This document shows positions 50,601 through 64,000 of a stretch of 64,000 nt of DNA, piece after piece (within the stretch, counting starts at the first letter, position 1; every line of letters begins with the position of its first letter). The DNA comes from Ophelia neglecta (lineage: Eukaryota). The notes under the pieces were generated by a model. The model did not search any database and was not told the origin of the DNA. It saw nothing but the letters and a program-made list of their open reading frames with translations. The stretch is taken from assembly GCA_965285935.1 (NCBI GenBank), contig OZ260661.1, positions 135,222,001 through 135,286,000 of the forward strand. Reading direction: 5' to 3'. A program made the translations under genes and the position numbers.

Positions 50601-53600
50601 CTACCGGCATGGATTCATGTGAAATTCCCATGGAGATCTACGTGTCAGTGAGCTACAAACTTATTCTGCGAAGTAAAATTATTGATCTGAGGAGTGTAAT
50701 TGCTGACCTGAAAACCTCTGCAATTCCTAAGAACATATGAAGAACTTTTGAATAGTGTCAATCAAAATTGGTCGGAAATGCCGGATTCAGGGATAAGCAG
50801 AGAGAACATGCTGATCAGATAAAGGAGTTAGAGGGTCTCAATGGAAACTTGCAGTCAAAAGTAATTGAAGTCAAACAATATTCTAGGATAAACAATATCG
50901 GAATTCCTTCAAATGTTATTAAAACAAGGTTAGATGCTGTTAGCTGAAGCACTTGCTCCATCTTTGTAAAGAAACATTTCATGGATCACTACTCACGTGC
51001 TTGCACAATACCAGACCATTATATGTTTCGGGTCTCTGCCTCGAGTTCTTTTTTCCTAATGTCCTACCTAATGATGTGTATATTTCTGTCATGTATGCTT
51101 TGTCTTACACGATTAAGTATATTACATAATTCTAATTTTCCACCTAATTTAAGCAAAATATTTCAAAAGTATTTACTTGGTCTCTTTTCTTTACAATCAT
51201 GTTAAGTTTGCCCAATAATGTCATCGTCCATTTTCATTATTTTTGCTTTGTGTCGTTCGAATGTTCCTGTCAGAGCTTCACTCCTTTTTTTGATGTGTTT
51301 TCTTATGTATTTGGGACTGTTGTTCATGTGTTTTACTGCCAAGACGATAGTAATGTCATGGTTCTTTCACACAATTGTTTTTGTTTTTGTTTTACTGCCT
51401 GTGATGTCTCTGCCGTAGGTATCTTATAATTATCATTTCATTTTGGAAGTGTTGCGTTGAATATATTATTTGTATTAAGTTCAATTGTTTGCCTTGCCAA
51501 AATTTAACTTATACGGTTGGCTCATTGTGAGTATCCTTCGACTGAACATCATTTTGTCATGGTTTGCTCGGGTGCGCGAGGCGTCTGTTCGCTGCTGTCT
51601 ATGTATTAAAGTGGTTGTGCATTAATGGTGGCGAACCTACATCTCGCGTACCTGTGGTTATATGTGTGGTAATATGTAACCTTTGAAAGTAGTTTATTGT
51701 CCTAAATAAATCTGAGTCTGTACGTGACACGTGTTTCCAAATTTACAAAGACCTGTCTCCATTAATTTTCAGAAACATTTATAGTTTTTACCTTGATCAC
51801 TGTTGTCAGAGATGCCAGTGTAGTGGTTGCCTTGATTGTTAGTTTAGTTTGAGATGTTGGAGTTGATGTGTTATTGTATCCTGGTATAGTTTTGGTAGAG
51901 CCATTACTAGTAGTCATCGCTGCTGTCGACGCCTTGTGAGAGACATTACCTTGTTGAGGTATTTACTGAATGGTATCGAAGCATCTGCATCTGAGTAAAA
52001 TGATTTTGCATGAATAGTTTCTAACCGCCAAAATTTGTTATTACAACATCTTTTGTCTCAGCAAAGCTGAAGATACACTGACTGGAATGTAATATCCCAG
52101 TGAGTGAGAGCATAACATCAGACAATGTATGTGTTTCAGTTTTCTTGAAATATTATTTGTTGTTGGCACGTGTCAAACTGACAGCGACCTGTCTCTGTAT
52201 ATAAAATTAATATAAAGGCTTATTTTCTGAAACATTTATAATTTTCACCTTGTTCACTGCCATCGGAGGTTTCAGTGGTTGCCTTGGTTGTTAGTTTAGT
52301 TTGAGAGGTTGTAATTGACGTTTTGGTAGAGCCATTCCTTTGTATAGTTGTCATTGCTGTTGTCGTCGCCTTGTTAGAGACATTACCTTGTTGGGGTCTT
52401 ATACTGGTTGATGTCGAAGCCTCTGCATCTGAGCAAAATGATTTTGCATGAACAAGGATCGGATATATTGATTTGTATTGTTCAAATTATCAACCGCCAA
52501 AATCATTTCAATCAGTTTGTCTCAGCAAAGGGGGCACGTCCTACAATTGAAACTCAACTTTATACTGTATTTACACTGACTTGAATCTAATTTCAGTCGA
52601 TTTACCTTTTCTTTCACATAGAAATCCATAATTTTTTCCTGGATCATCTGTCCCAGCCCATTTCCCGTCGATGAGCATCCTTGCATATCCCTCATTGCCG
52701 TCGGGTTCCTCGTCACGCCAATTTTGCCATTCATACCAAGAACCACCTAACCACTCCCATCCAATTCGCCTCATTGTTTCGTTGTAGCTGTTTGCTGAGC
52801 TTGAAACGTCCTTTTTTAATCCAATCCAAAATTGATGCATTCTATCTTTGGAATCGCAAACCGCCCCCGACATACACTTTATCCTGCTGAATAGGTAAAA
52901 ATAAGTCATATCACATAGCTAATACAATAATACAATAATATAGTAAATCTCCAAACAATTAAAAAACACACCACCCACCACATGATAGGTAATATTGAGA
53001 AAATGTATTAGTAAGATAACAGTACTAGGGCACACATAGCATGACATTCGTTTCATTTCAATGCTGTTAGCATTAAAATACAAGAATCTTTCTTACAGGT
53101 TTTCGAAGACGAATTCGTTTTGTTCCTTGTTTTCTAATGATACTAGAGAGGCATCCAACCGTTCACAACTACTAACCGCTTCTGTGAAATTTCGTAGAAC
53201 TATCTTTCCTGAGACATAATAACACCTCCCATCATAAGGATACCACTGGCCCTCAAAATCACACCGCCTTGCTACAACTGTAACATAGTAAACACAAAAA
53301 TCGGGAAATAAACTACCGGGAAGAAATTCACGAAAGCGTGGGCATCCTTTGAACTATATAATAGGCATTGAGACAACAGGAATCTTTGATGACTGCCACT
53401 ATCATTAAAACAGTACAGCTATCATATTATTGTATCAGAATATATTACATGCCAAGCAAAAGCAACCCTTCTTACACAAGGTACTTTCACCGTTTGCTAA
53501 CAACCGATTAAGTGAAATAATATTCGAAATGTATACGTGTAGTAAGCCGATTTAAGTACGAAGCCATATTTCAATTATATTCAACTGGGGTCCATCATTT

Positions 53601-54108
53601 GGGTTTTTTTTTGTGAATTAGAACTATTTAAGAGGGTCTGAGAACATAACATGGCCATTTCCGACAGTACCAATGACTCTCGGATCATTGGCATTCTTAG
53701 TGTTATGAAGTGCCATCTAAATGGACATTCAACCCAAATGAGAACTATCCATGTTTGAGGGATAAACAGGTACACATTTAGCTGATGAGCTCAAGAATAC
53801 TCAATGAATGAAACTGTGTGCCATGGCTGTATACATAACACCACTCACTTACACGTATTCACGTATGGTCTATTAGTATACTTACTTATATTGGTACCAA
53901 CACAAAAAAAACTTTGTCTGAATACGCCCAAGCTTTCATTGGTTAACTCCCCTCTAATTTCTTACTGAGTTGTATTATTGAACCAAACTGAGAATTTGTG
54001 TCTTCGCCTAGAATAAAGGGCACCAAAGTGTCTCCATATGTATATTCACATACCTATATATAGCGTAAATGTCGCTAAAACACCAAGGATCAGGGCTGCA
54101 GGATACAT
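47666..54108 (-). CDS. G6: type I transmembrane C-type lectin-like receptor, tail type B, EPD motif (~408 aa if the decayed second stalk exon is skipped)
   Basis: Exons 54054-54108, 53097-53277, 52606-52883, 52249-52428, 50170-50263, 47666-48104 (AAG acceptor; hand translation open, absent from the ORF track). Confidence 0.82.
51792..51990 (-). pseudogene. Duplicated, frameshifted stalk exon inside G6 with intact splice sites
   Basis: 199 nt (195-nt type, -1 and +5); CAG acceptor and GTAAAA donor retained; inclusion reads DADASIPFSKYLNKVMSLTRRRQQR-stop. Confidence 0.8.
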
Positions 54109-54993
54109 ATTGGGCCCAGATCGAGATATTCTACCACACTGACGACATTTATATGCTGAAATGAACACGGAAGTGGTGTTACGATGCTCTTACATGATAG
54201 CGAATCTCGTGTAATATATATCTGTATAACACATCCACCGCCTGTTTGCGTTGTAGACTACACATGTTTGTTTTGGCTGGTAAACTGTGTAGACTGCTGT
54301 TGAAGGCGACACGGATCAAGCTCTAAAAGGGTTCGCTTCGCATAAATTGCAAATACCATGACTGCTTATCTTTCTATTCAGGCATCATGATGCCGGCGGG
54401 CATGACCATACAATCTTTGTAAACGTGGGATTCGAATTAGTTTATTTATAAAATTCCGTCATATTTAAATAAGGATACTTTTAGAATTGTACTGTATACC
54501 GCTTATAGCATTATATTTAAAATTTTATTTTACAAACGTGCATTTGTTGACTAGGACCTAATATACCTGGCCCTCCCACTGTCTTCATTTCGGTAATTTA
54601 CCGGGCCATCCAATGTGTAGGTATTTTGTTTATAATAAAGTATTAAAGCAATGTGCGCTGAAATTAGACATTAGATTCCGAATGAATGTATCCACAGTTT
54701 GGGGTAAATACGTCATGTTTGCCCTGTTGGCTTGGTCCAAATTATCATGCTTTACATATCTAAATGATACTTTGGCCGTAAATCACCACAATATGATCGT
54801 TAGGGATTTGAACGGGGTAAGGAATACTGCCTTGGTCCGTACCTTACACGAATTCAAAATCAATATTTATGCAATTAATTATCAAGCATCATTTATCTTC
54901 TATAGGAGAAGTAGAGAGTCAACTCTCTCAAGTCCTGCTCATATATGATATCGCCAATGTTGCTGTCAACCTGACCAAATATTCTCTGTCTTA

Positions 54994-55843
54994 AGGCGCT
55001 GTCACACTAGCGTTTAGAGCTAACGTATGCCTAGCGTACATAATTTTTCTCTCGAAATTTGGCAAAGTCCAATACGCTCAAATTCTCGACCCAGCATCTG
55101 TTTCTTAACGAATTTCCGGCGTGTTAGGTGAATGCCCAACGAATGACAAACGATATCGCCGGTCACATGACGTGTCTCGTACGCTCTCCAAGTCCCCGTC
55201 GTCACACTTCACCAAGTTACCTCAACATCTCCAGACCAGTTCCGCTATCGAGTTTCAGTATGCCTCCCAAGAATCCTAGGAGGAGGAAGAAGCAGACAGC
55301 CAAGCCTGCCAAGCCAGCAGGCAAGCCAAAAGGCGGGGTAGCCAAGAGGGCGCCTCTCCGTGGATCATCACCTCCACGCACTCCAGATTCACCCAGATCC
55401 CCAACCCCTCCACTAGGCCTACCTCATGACTCCCATGCCTCTGACCACGGGACACATAGTCCGACCTCCTTTGTCACCTCCAATATCTCCCAGCCTGGCC
55501 CTGAACACGGGTCATGTAGTCTGACCTCCTCCGGGTGAGTTGGACATATTTGGACGAACAGCGGACGAAGAAGAAACCTACACCCAACGTGCGAAAAGTT
55601 CACACAGCGAATGCTCAACTTATACATAGCGTATTGATCACTACGTTGTCACACGCTCAAAATTTTGAACATGTTCAAAAAATAAAATTGGCCCCAGCAT
55701 ACCCCAGCGAACCCCTACGAACAGCTAACGAATACAACGTATGTCAAACGTGACACTAACGAATGGCAGCTTACGCGAACGTACACCCAATTTTCAAACG
55801 CCAGACACACGTTAGCCCTATACGCTAAAGTGTGACAGCAACT
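54994..55843 (+). mobile_element. Internally deleted PIF/Harbinger-like DNA transposon
   Basis: TIRs AGGCGCTGTCACAC / GTGTGACAGCAACT, 3-bp TTA TSD on both sides; internal GC-rich basic/Pro-Ser ORF fragment (MPPKNPRRRKK.., 55260-55538). Confidence 0.75.
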
Positions 55844-55846
55844 TTA

Positions 55847-58100
55847 AATCGCTAGTCAGACGGCAGCAACATAACACATGCATCGTATCGCCACAGGAAC
55901 AGGGACGGTTTTCTCGCGGAAGTCTAGCCCACCTGCCAGTCTCAACGCGCAATGAATGCGAGCCTGTACGCATCCTTGTGAACGCGACGCAAGCAATCTG
56001 TAGGATACGCGTTTCGATGAGGAATCAGACAGCATACGGTTGCGGATCAGGTCGAGACCTTGGGTTATATAAATAGTCTATGTATCAAGAGTCTGAAAGT
56101 ACACGTCTGACTTGGGGAAGGCCACTGAGGAAGTCCACCAACTCTCACATCCATAGAGTATGGCAGAAAAGAGTGCACACTGCCACACGTGCTCCTTGAT
56201 GGCATAAGGAGCGTCTCTGTTTGTATTGAGAAAACACAGTAGTCGAGCACATGCCCTTATTTGGTCGCTATATGATCCTGTACCTGTGGGGAGATCACGC
56301 GAATAGAGATCAATTTGCAAAGATAGCTTTACTGCTCTGTTTGTTGGATGGCCGACAGTCACGTTAATTTGCTACCATAAACATTTACTTTTTATGGTTG
56401 ATCCGTAATCCATCGCGTCCCACAAAGTCGCCACCAAAGATCTTCCGTTTACGCCTCACCGCAGCGCTTGAAGTGGCTAGCATGGCCGTGTCGTCCACCA
56501 GTAGGTCAGAGTGAAGCCAGGCTAGCCAGCCATCATCTTGGAGGGATCTAAGGTCAACCGCAAGAGAATTGATGAAGAATGCGAACAGGATGACAGACAG
56601 TGGAGCCCCCTGACGAAGCGCGAGAGTCGCATGAATGGTCGTGTTCCCAATGGGACTAGCCGCATTTGAAAGAAATGCACACAGTGCCGCCAAGAAACGA
56701 CCACCACTGCCTTTCACAGCCAGCCAATTTAGCAGAAACTATCTGTTTTCGGTGACACATGCCTTTTGGAAGTCAATAAATGTTATATAGAATGTTTCCT
56801 TTGTTTTCCGAGCACGGTCGATAATGAGACGTAAAGTGAGCAGTAGTTTAAGACATTCTCGGCCAGGCTGGCCGCCAGCATGTTACTGGCAAGGACGCCA
56901 CCAGCGCAAGAAACGACCTATTAAATAGAAGAATACACTTTGGCAAGAGAGGGGATTACACTGATACCCGATAGTTCCCATGAAGAGATCGGTCTCCCTG
57001 CGACCATGCGCCAGGATAACCGCCGAGAACACCATGTACAACAACATAATCACTAGTAAAATCCACTCTTCAGGCGACGACATGAGTAGAATAGGTGGAT
57101 TGTCGTCCACGCCAAGAGCGCGGTCTATGAGAGAGTTTTCACCTAATCAAACTAATATCATCATCCAAGAAATGGATAAAAGTAGCAGAGACTGGACACT
57201 GAAGCTCAGAATCCAAACATGGCGGACGCAGTACCGTTTCGAAGTGCTATGCTTCTGGAAGTCCACGTCGGATGGACTTTCTGAATAATGGCTAATCTTT
57301 AAAAATTGTGTTTCCAGTCGATTGATTCCCAGACCCTTTTCTCATCGTGTAGCACCCAACTGCCTGGCATGCCTTTCAGATTTCTGGCGGCATCAAGCAG
57401 GTTATTACATCCGATCGGAGAGTAGAATATGACCAACATGGGTCGCGGCCGGGGGGGGGGGGGGGGGTAACTATCAGCTTCATTCACTGGCCAGACCTTA
57501 CCCAGTCTCCTCACTTCCGAAACTCCACTTGGCGTCTGGTTGGTTCCGAGGGCCTATGCAAACAATGAGTGAGAAGCTCCTCTTCTGAAAAATGATAAAA
57601 TTGTATCCCCTACTCTGAATCAAGGTATTTCTGCAGATACCGTAGCCATTAGGTCAGTCTGCTGGGCCGTCAGGTACGATACTGTGCTCGTTCAAGTCTC
57701 CAGCTCCACAATTCGTGCCTTCAAGGAGGTATTTTACTCCACCAAAGCAGATATCATGTTAAACAAGACACCGAATGTGTTGCCATCCGGTTATGACTGG
57801 GAAGCTGTCAGGCTAACTCCTCCCTCAATGCCAGACAGGGACGAGTCTAGTTTGTCTTGAATCACTGTGTTCAGGGCATGCTTCAGGTCATCGGCCCTGA
57901 ACTTGGTAACATCGGACCGTGTCAATGTAAATATCTCATTAGCCGAGTCAGTTGACACTTGGTCTGCCTGACCCAGACTGGCTCATTATGACAACATACA
58001 CAGGTGATCGAGTGTACAGGGATGTTGGACCATGGGCGCCAGTCAAGCGTAACCTACTAGCAAACCCAATCAAATATATAAAGATTTTTACCATGCTGCA
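55847..58100 (-). mobile_element. Decayed LINE, copy f (keeps more of the 3' Cys/His region)
   Basis: Colinear with copy d; ends PRENRPCSCGDTMHVLCCC. Confidence 0.85.
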
Positions 58101-59776
58101 GAAATGTCTGTTCTCCGACAAAGCCACTGTTGTACACAGTGCCCCAAATACAAAATTAACGGCAAAGTACCTCCACGGGAACCCTTGATAATCTGCCCTG
58201 GGTTCCACACAAGCCACACTCTACCTATACGCTATATACATCAAAATGGGCCGTAATCGGGATATACAACACCACTGCAAATATTTTACTGATGAAATGA
58301 TGCTATTAATGTGATCTTTGTAATAATACTACTTTACCTTTACATTTCTTGTCCAATAGACATCCATGTTAAGAGTCCCATGATATTTGCCGTTGGGGCA
58401 GCACTTCCCGGTGACTAGGAGAGTATCTGCAGGAATGCTATAGATGCCAACTGTATACCACGTAGAAAGTATTTTCAGTTTTGTATTAATGCCACAACGT
58501 ACGGCATTATTGTGGATCTTCGCTGAGCATAAAACAACTAGGCCTTCTTACCGTACACAATTAAAATACTCTAAAAACAATATATTTACTGCTAATTATG
58601 AGACTAGAGGACATTATAACCTGTTTATTTTAGTACGTCTAACTATTTTTACCGAGGACAAAAGTCGTTATATAGCTAAGATCCAAGGACTGCCATGTTT
58701 GTGTTAAAATGCTCTAAAAACTAAAAATCATGTGGTGACAATTATGTTTGAAAGTAGATAAAAGATGTATATCTTTTCATATAACTACAACTAGTCACGT
58801 TCCCCAGGCTCTGTTTTTCACCAACCCTTTTTAATCACACGGTAGTTGTGTTGAACTCGCATTATGACTTTGACTTGTAGTGTATGTAAACTTGTGTTAT
58901 GGTAGACACGGTCTGATGACGCCTGTCAAATAAACAGTTGTTACGGTTTAGGGAGGTTAAAGAAATACACTGTCTGGTCAAACCGTGGAAAGTGTCATAG
59001 ATGAAATAAAAAAGGTTATTGAGATGACCTCTCCTAGTTAGAGCCCTCTTGCATCTAGCAATAGTTTACTAAAAGTTGAATTTCCAAAAATTTAAAAAGA
59101 TTGATTGGTGATAACGAAACAGAAGAAAACAGAGTTATCATACCATCATTAAACTTCATGATTTACACATGTTAGATTTTTGATGTGAAGAGCCTTATTC
59201 AACCAAGCTTGGTAATGAGGATTTATCCTCTTACTTGGTCCGAATTCTATCAGCTACAGGCCAATAAACATAACGTCAAACGTCCATGAATACTTTATTC
59301 AATACAAATTAAAACGCCGGAAAATATAATTTATATGTTGTATTGTGACTACCCTCTACAGTAGATCATGATTCTTCCGCGAGCAAATTATAAGATTTTA
59401 TATCTTATAATATTCAGGCGCCGATCGAGCGTTTTATTAGATGTTATGTTTGTTTAACAAAACTGCCTTTTACATTTTTCTGTTTTGATACAGTGCCTTG
59501 AATATGACAGCCCGCATCCACTTGTCCATAAACATTATGACACACAATGAACCTTTCCTACTTTTTTTGTCACACAACTTCCATTTTGAAATAACCGTGA
59601 TTTGTTATAATACAAATAGGTATCCGCCAATATTAATCGAGCATTTATCTGTTTAAATATGAATCACAACTTCTTTTCCTATGTCCAAGCTGTCGATGAC
59701 ATCTATTAAACTGAACTTAGACATATATAATTGTACTAAATGCTAACATTACGGTTTATTTTATTACTATCAAGTG

Positions 59777-62700
59777 TTAATTAGTTCGGGATATATTCAG
59801 TGGAGTGTATGTGACATTCGGTGAGAGGGCCTCGTATTCTCTTTCAGTTACTTTTTCCACAGAAGCCCCAACAGTCTGCCGCCCGCCTTCTCCTATGTCT
59901 TCATATGGACCTTTAGTCGGCCTCCCCACTTCTTGTATGTCCTCATATGGACCATCAGTCTGCCGTCCGATTTCTTGTATATCCTCGTATGGACCATCTA
60001 CACATGGACTGTTTAAAGTATCGGCTCGTGGCTGAATGTAGCCTACTTCCTCATATTGAACAGTAATATATTGTCCTTGTCTTGAATTTTCTACGTTGTA
60101 ATAATCATGACTATTGGGGGCGGGGGTGCTCGATCGTACGTCCTCGTGAGCTGCTGCTTCATTGTAATAGGTGTGTTCTGTGTAGGTCTTCTGTTTGTCT
60201 GCTATCTGTTGCTTCCTAAAAATACATTTATTGGTACTTATTATTATGCATATACAAATTTGAAATCGCATATGATACTTTGGTGTTCAGTTCAGTTTTT
60301 CACAATTATCACAACTACACAAACAAAAATCAATATAACCCCGATGGCTTATCGGATGTTAATGCATTTAATGGATTCACCGACGTCACAAATACTATTA
60401 CTATCAGCTCATTGTCAATTTGCATTTTACATTTAGCCTTCAGGATTATCGTAGCAGCTCTTCTTTCTTTATTCTTTATTCGCTTTGCCCATCCCTCATC
60501 TTCCCGCACAACACACCCACCCTCTCCCCCAGCATTCTGATTCGACCCCTTGTTTATCAGGCCGGGCATACTGACCACTCCCAGGTACCGGGATACTGTT
60601 GCCCCCTCAAATGTGATAAAAAGCACTCAGGCCATGTTTTCCATTTTAATTAAAATATACTCAAAACGGTAAAGCATAAAATATATAACAAGAATAGATA
60701 CCCGGAAAGCTTAAGCAATGGTTTACCAACGATTTAACGATGAAAGGCCCATTTGACAGTCAACATATTTGGCAACTCACTAGCTAAGATTACTAATCCG
60801 CTTCTCATAAGAACATATCTTACCTACGTCTCTTGCAGACAACATACAGAACAACAGCAATAAAGAGGATTATCACACTACCCAGCACTGGTCCGATATA
60901 TAAATAAATACTGGTACCTGGAAAAGTTATAAAATGATACTATTAGACAAAGTATCTTTGTTCTAGTTTCCACGAAATATTATTGGTCTGGTCAAGGTGA
61001 AAACCAAACACTCGGGCCTCTTTGAAGGCTGCCGAAGTTGAACTTAACCTCTTCCATATGTGGAATGAATGTAGGGCGTGCTTGTATAATTAAGGCTAAG
61101 CTTTCTCAGCAATACAAACAGCAGATGAACATCTGAGCCACATACCTACTCTGAGGAGTGTAGTTTCTGACTTTAAAACCTTTGCAATTCCTTAGCGAAC
61201 ATATGAAGAACATTTAACTGTCAATCAAAATATGTCGGACAATGGTGGATTGAGGGGTAAGCAAAGTAAACAGGCTGATCAGATAAAGGAGTTGGAGGGT
61301 CTCTGAGGAAACTAGCAGTCAAAGGTGCTGGAGCAGGAACAATACTTTAGGATAAACAATTTTGAAATTCCGAATATTAAAGATGCGATGTTAAACGAAG
61401 CTACTCTAAAAGATCTTCAATTTGTAGAGAATCATAAACCCAAAGAATAGAATTTTACTTTACATTCAAAAAATCTGTTTTCAATTCGTGTTTCCAAATT
61501 TACAACGACCTGTCTTCATATGCTGCACTCACATTTAGGTGAATTTTCTGATATATATATAGTTTTTACCTTGATCACTGTTGTCAGATATGTCTGTGTT
61601 TGCCTTGGTTGTTAGTTTAGTTTGAGATGTTGGAATTGATGTTTTGGTTGATCCATTTCTTTGTATTGTTGTCATCGCTGTTGTCGTCGCCTTGTTAGAG
61701 ACATTACCTTGTTGGGGTCTGATACTGGTTGATATCGAAACTTCCACATCTAAGTAAAATGATTTTGCATGAACATGGATCGGATATATTAATTTGTATT
61801 GTTCAAATTACCAACCGCTAAAATTTGCTATTTCAATGAAGCTCAGCAAAGGGTGCACGTCCTACAATTGAACCTCAACTTATAACTGAAGATACACTGA
61901 CTGGAATCTAATTCAGTCGATTTACCTTTTCTTTCACATAAAAATCTATAATTTTTTCCTGGATCATCTGTCCCGGCCCATTTCCTGTCGATGCCCAACA
62001 TTGCATATCCCTCATTCACATTGGGTTCCCCGTCACCCCAATTTTGCCAATCATACCACGCACCACCAAACCACTCCCATCCATCTCGCCTCATTGTTAC
62101 GTTGTCGCTGTTTGCTGAGTTTGAAACGTCCTTTGTTAATCCAATCCAGAATTGGTTCCTTTCCTTCACGGGATCGCAATCCTGCCCCAACATGCACTTT
62201 GTCCTGGTTTAAAGGTAACAATAAGTCATACTACTTAACTGGTATAATACTAAAATAATGAAAGAACTTCTGTAAGCATTAAAATACAACAATCTTTCTT
62301 ACAGCTTTTCGAAAACGAATTCGTTTTGTTCCTTGGTTTCTAATGATACTAGAGAGGCATGCATAGCTTCACATCTGCTAGCCGCTTCTGTGAAATTTCG
62401 TAGAACCATCTTTCCTGAGACATAATAACACCTCTCATAATAAGGATACCACTGGCCCTCAAATGCACATAGCTTTGCTACAGCTGTAACACAGTAAACA
62501 TAGCGGGTCATACTCGGGTAATAAACTACCGGGAAGAAATGTATAAGAGCGCGAGCATCTTAAGAAATAAATGCTAAGCATTGAGACAAACAGGAATCTT
62601 TGATTACTAACACTATCATTGGTACAGTACAGCTATCATATTATAGTATCAGAATATATTACATGCCAAACAAAAGGAACCCGTCTTCCGCCAGCTACTG

Positions 62701-63268
62701 TCGCCTTTTGCTTACAACCGATCAAGTGAAAGTATATTTGATATGTGTAGTAAGCCGATTTACGTACGAAGCCATGCATCAATTATATCCAACTGGGGTC
62801 CATCATTTGGGTTTTTGTGAATTAGAACTATTTTAGAGGGTGTGAGAACATAACATGGCCATTTCCGACGGTACCAATGACTTTCGGATCATAGGCATTC
62901 TAAGTGTCATGAAGTGCCATCTAAATGGACATTCAACCCACTCAGGAACACATTTAGCTGATGAGCTCAAGAATACTCAATGAATGAAACTGTGAGCCAT
63001 GGCTGTATACATAACACCACGCACTTATACGTATTCACGTATGGTCTATTAGTATACTTACTTATATTGGTACCCACAAAAAAACGCCCAAGCATTCATT
63101 GATTAACTCCCCTCTAATTTCTTACTGAGTTGTATTATTGAACCAAACTGAGAATTTGTATCTTCGCCTAGAATAAAGGGCACCGAAGTGTCTTCATATG
63201 TATATTCACATACCTATATATAGCGTGAATGTCGCTAAAACACCACGGAACAGGGCGGCAGGATACAT
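59777..63268 (-). CDS. G7: type I transmembrane C-type lectin-like receptor, tail type B (~408 aa)
   Basis: Exons 63214-63268 (MYPAALFRGVLATFTLYI), 62303-62483, 61926-62203, 61570-61749, 60824-60917, 59777-60215; GT-AG, 1227 nt, open; intron 2 shortened to 99 bp. Confidence 0.9.
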
Positions 63269-64000
63269 ATTGGGCCCAGATCGAGATAGTCTACCACACT
63301 GCCGACATTTAGATGCTGAAATTAACACGGAAGTGATGTTCCGATGCTCTTACATGATACCGAACCTGTCGAAGCTTTCCTCGTGTAATATATATTACTA
63401 TATAACACATCCAACGCCTGCTAGCGTTGTAGACTACACACGTTTGTTTTGGCTGGTAAAGTGTGCAGACTGCTCTTGATGATGACACGGTCTGTGATTA
63501 AGGTCTAAAAGGGTTCGCTTCGCATAAATTGCCAATACCATGAAAGCTGATCATTCTATTCAGGCATTATAATGACACCCTGCATGGAAATACAAGTTTT
63601 ATAAACGGGGGAAGCGAATCAGTATATTTATCAAATTCCGTAATATTTAAATAAGGGTACTTTTAGCATTGCACTGTATACCGTTTATAGAATCAGATGT
63701 AAACGTTTATTTTACAAACGTGCATTTATTGACCTAGTATACAACCTAGTATACCCAGCGCTCCCACCGTCTTCATTTCAGTAATTTACCGGGCCATCCA
63801 ATGTGTAAGTATTTTGTTTATAATAAATTGTTTAATCACAAAATCACAGATTAACAACTATAATTTTATGATACAGCCAGGTATGTGCGATGAAATTAGA
63901 CAGTAAATTCCGAATGACTTAATCCACAGTTTGGGGTAAATACGTCATGTTTGCCCTGTTTGCTTGGTCCAAATTATCATGCTTTACATATCTAAATGAG

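Noticed and set aside
55128-55538. Host gene (histone H1-like basic protein)
   Set aside because: Low-complexity fragment with no globular domain, enclosed in a TIR/TSD-bounded element.

Overview
AT-rich animal (invertebrate, probably lophotrochozoan; not provable from this window) genomic DNA. It is dominated by a head-to-tail, minus-strand array of eight six-exon genes (called G0-G7 here, left to right), reconstructed by hand from GT-AG sites. Each encodes a type I membrane protein: signal peptide, one atypical C-type lectin-like domain (CTLD) split over two exons, a Ser/Thr-rich stalk, one uncharged TM helix and a tyrosine-rich cytoplasmic tail. All eight share intron phases 1-2-1-1-2, and all splice into open frames (G6 only if a frameshifted second stalk exon is skipped). 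Three unrelated tails are attached to the same ectodomain family: an acidic tail (G0), a YDNI/YAEI/YAQP tail (G1), and a 13-Tyr tail with YxN sites, three 14-aa-spaced YEDI motifs and a terminal ITIM-consensus VTYxPL (G2-G7). The array shows active remodelling: a recent ~6.94-kb tandem duplication whose crossover falls inside CTLD exon 1 and makes G3 a G2/G4 chimera; segmental mosaicism among paralogs; and LINE-destroyed pseudogene relics in the spacers, two of which keep an orphan tail exon with a 42-bp YEDI minisatellite. Also present are six copies of a decayed LINE, an intronic LINE ORF1 fragment, a tRNA-derived SINE, three MITEs and a Harbinger-like element. Overall it looks like a diversifying invertebrate lectin immunoreceptor-like cluster; function is inferred, not demonstrated.
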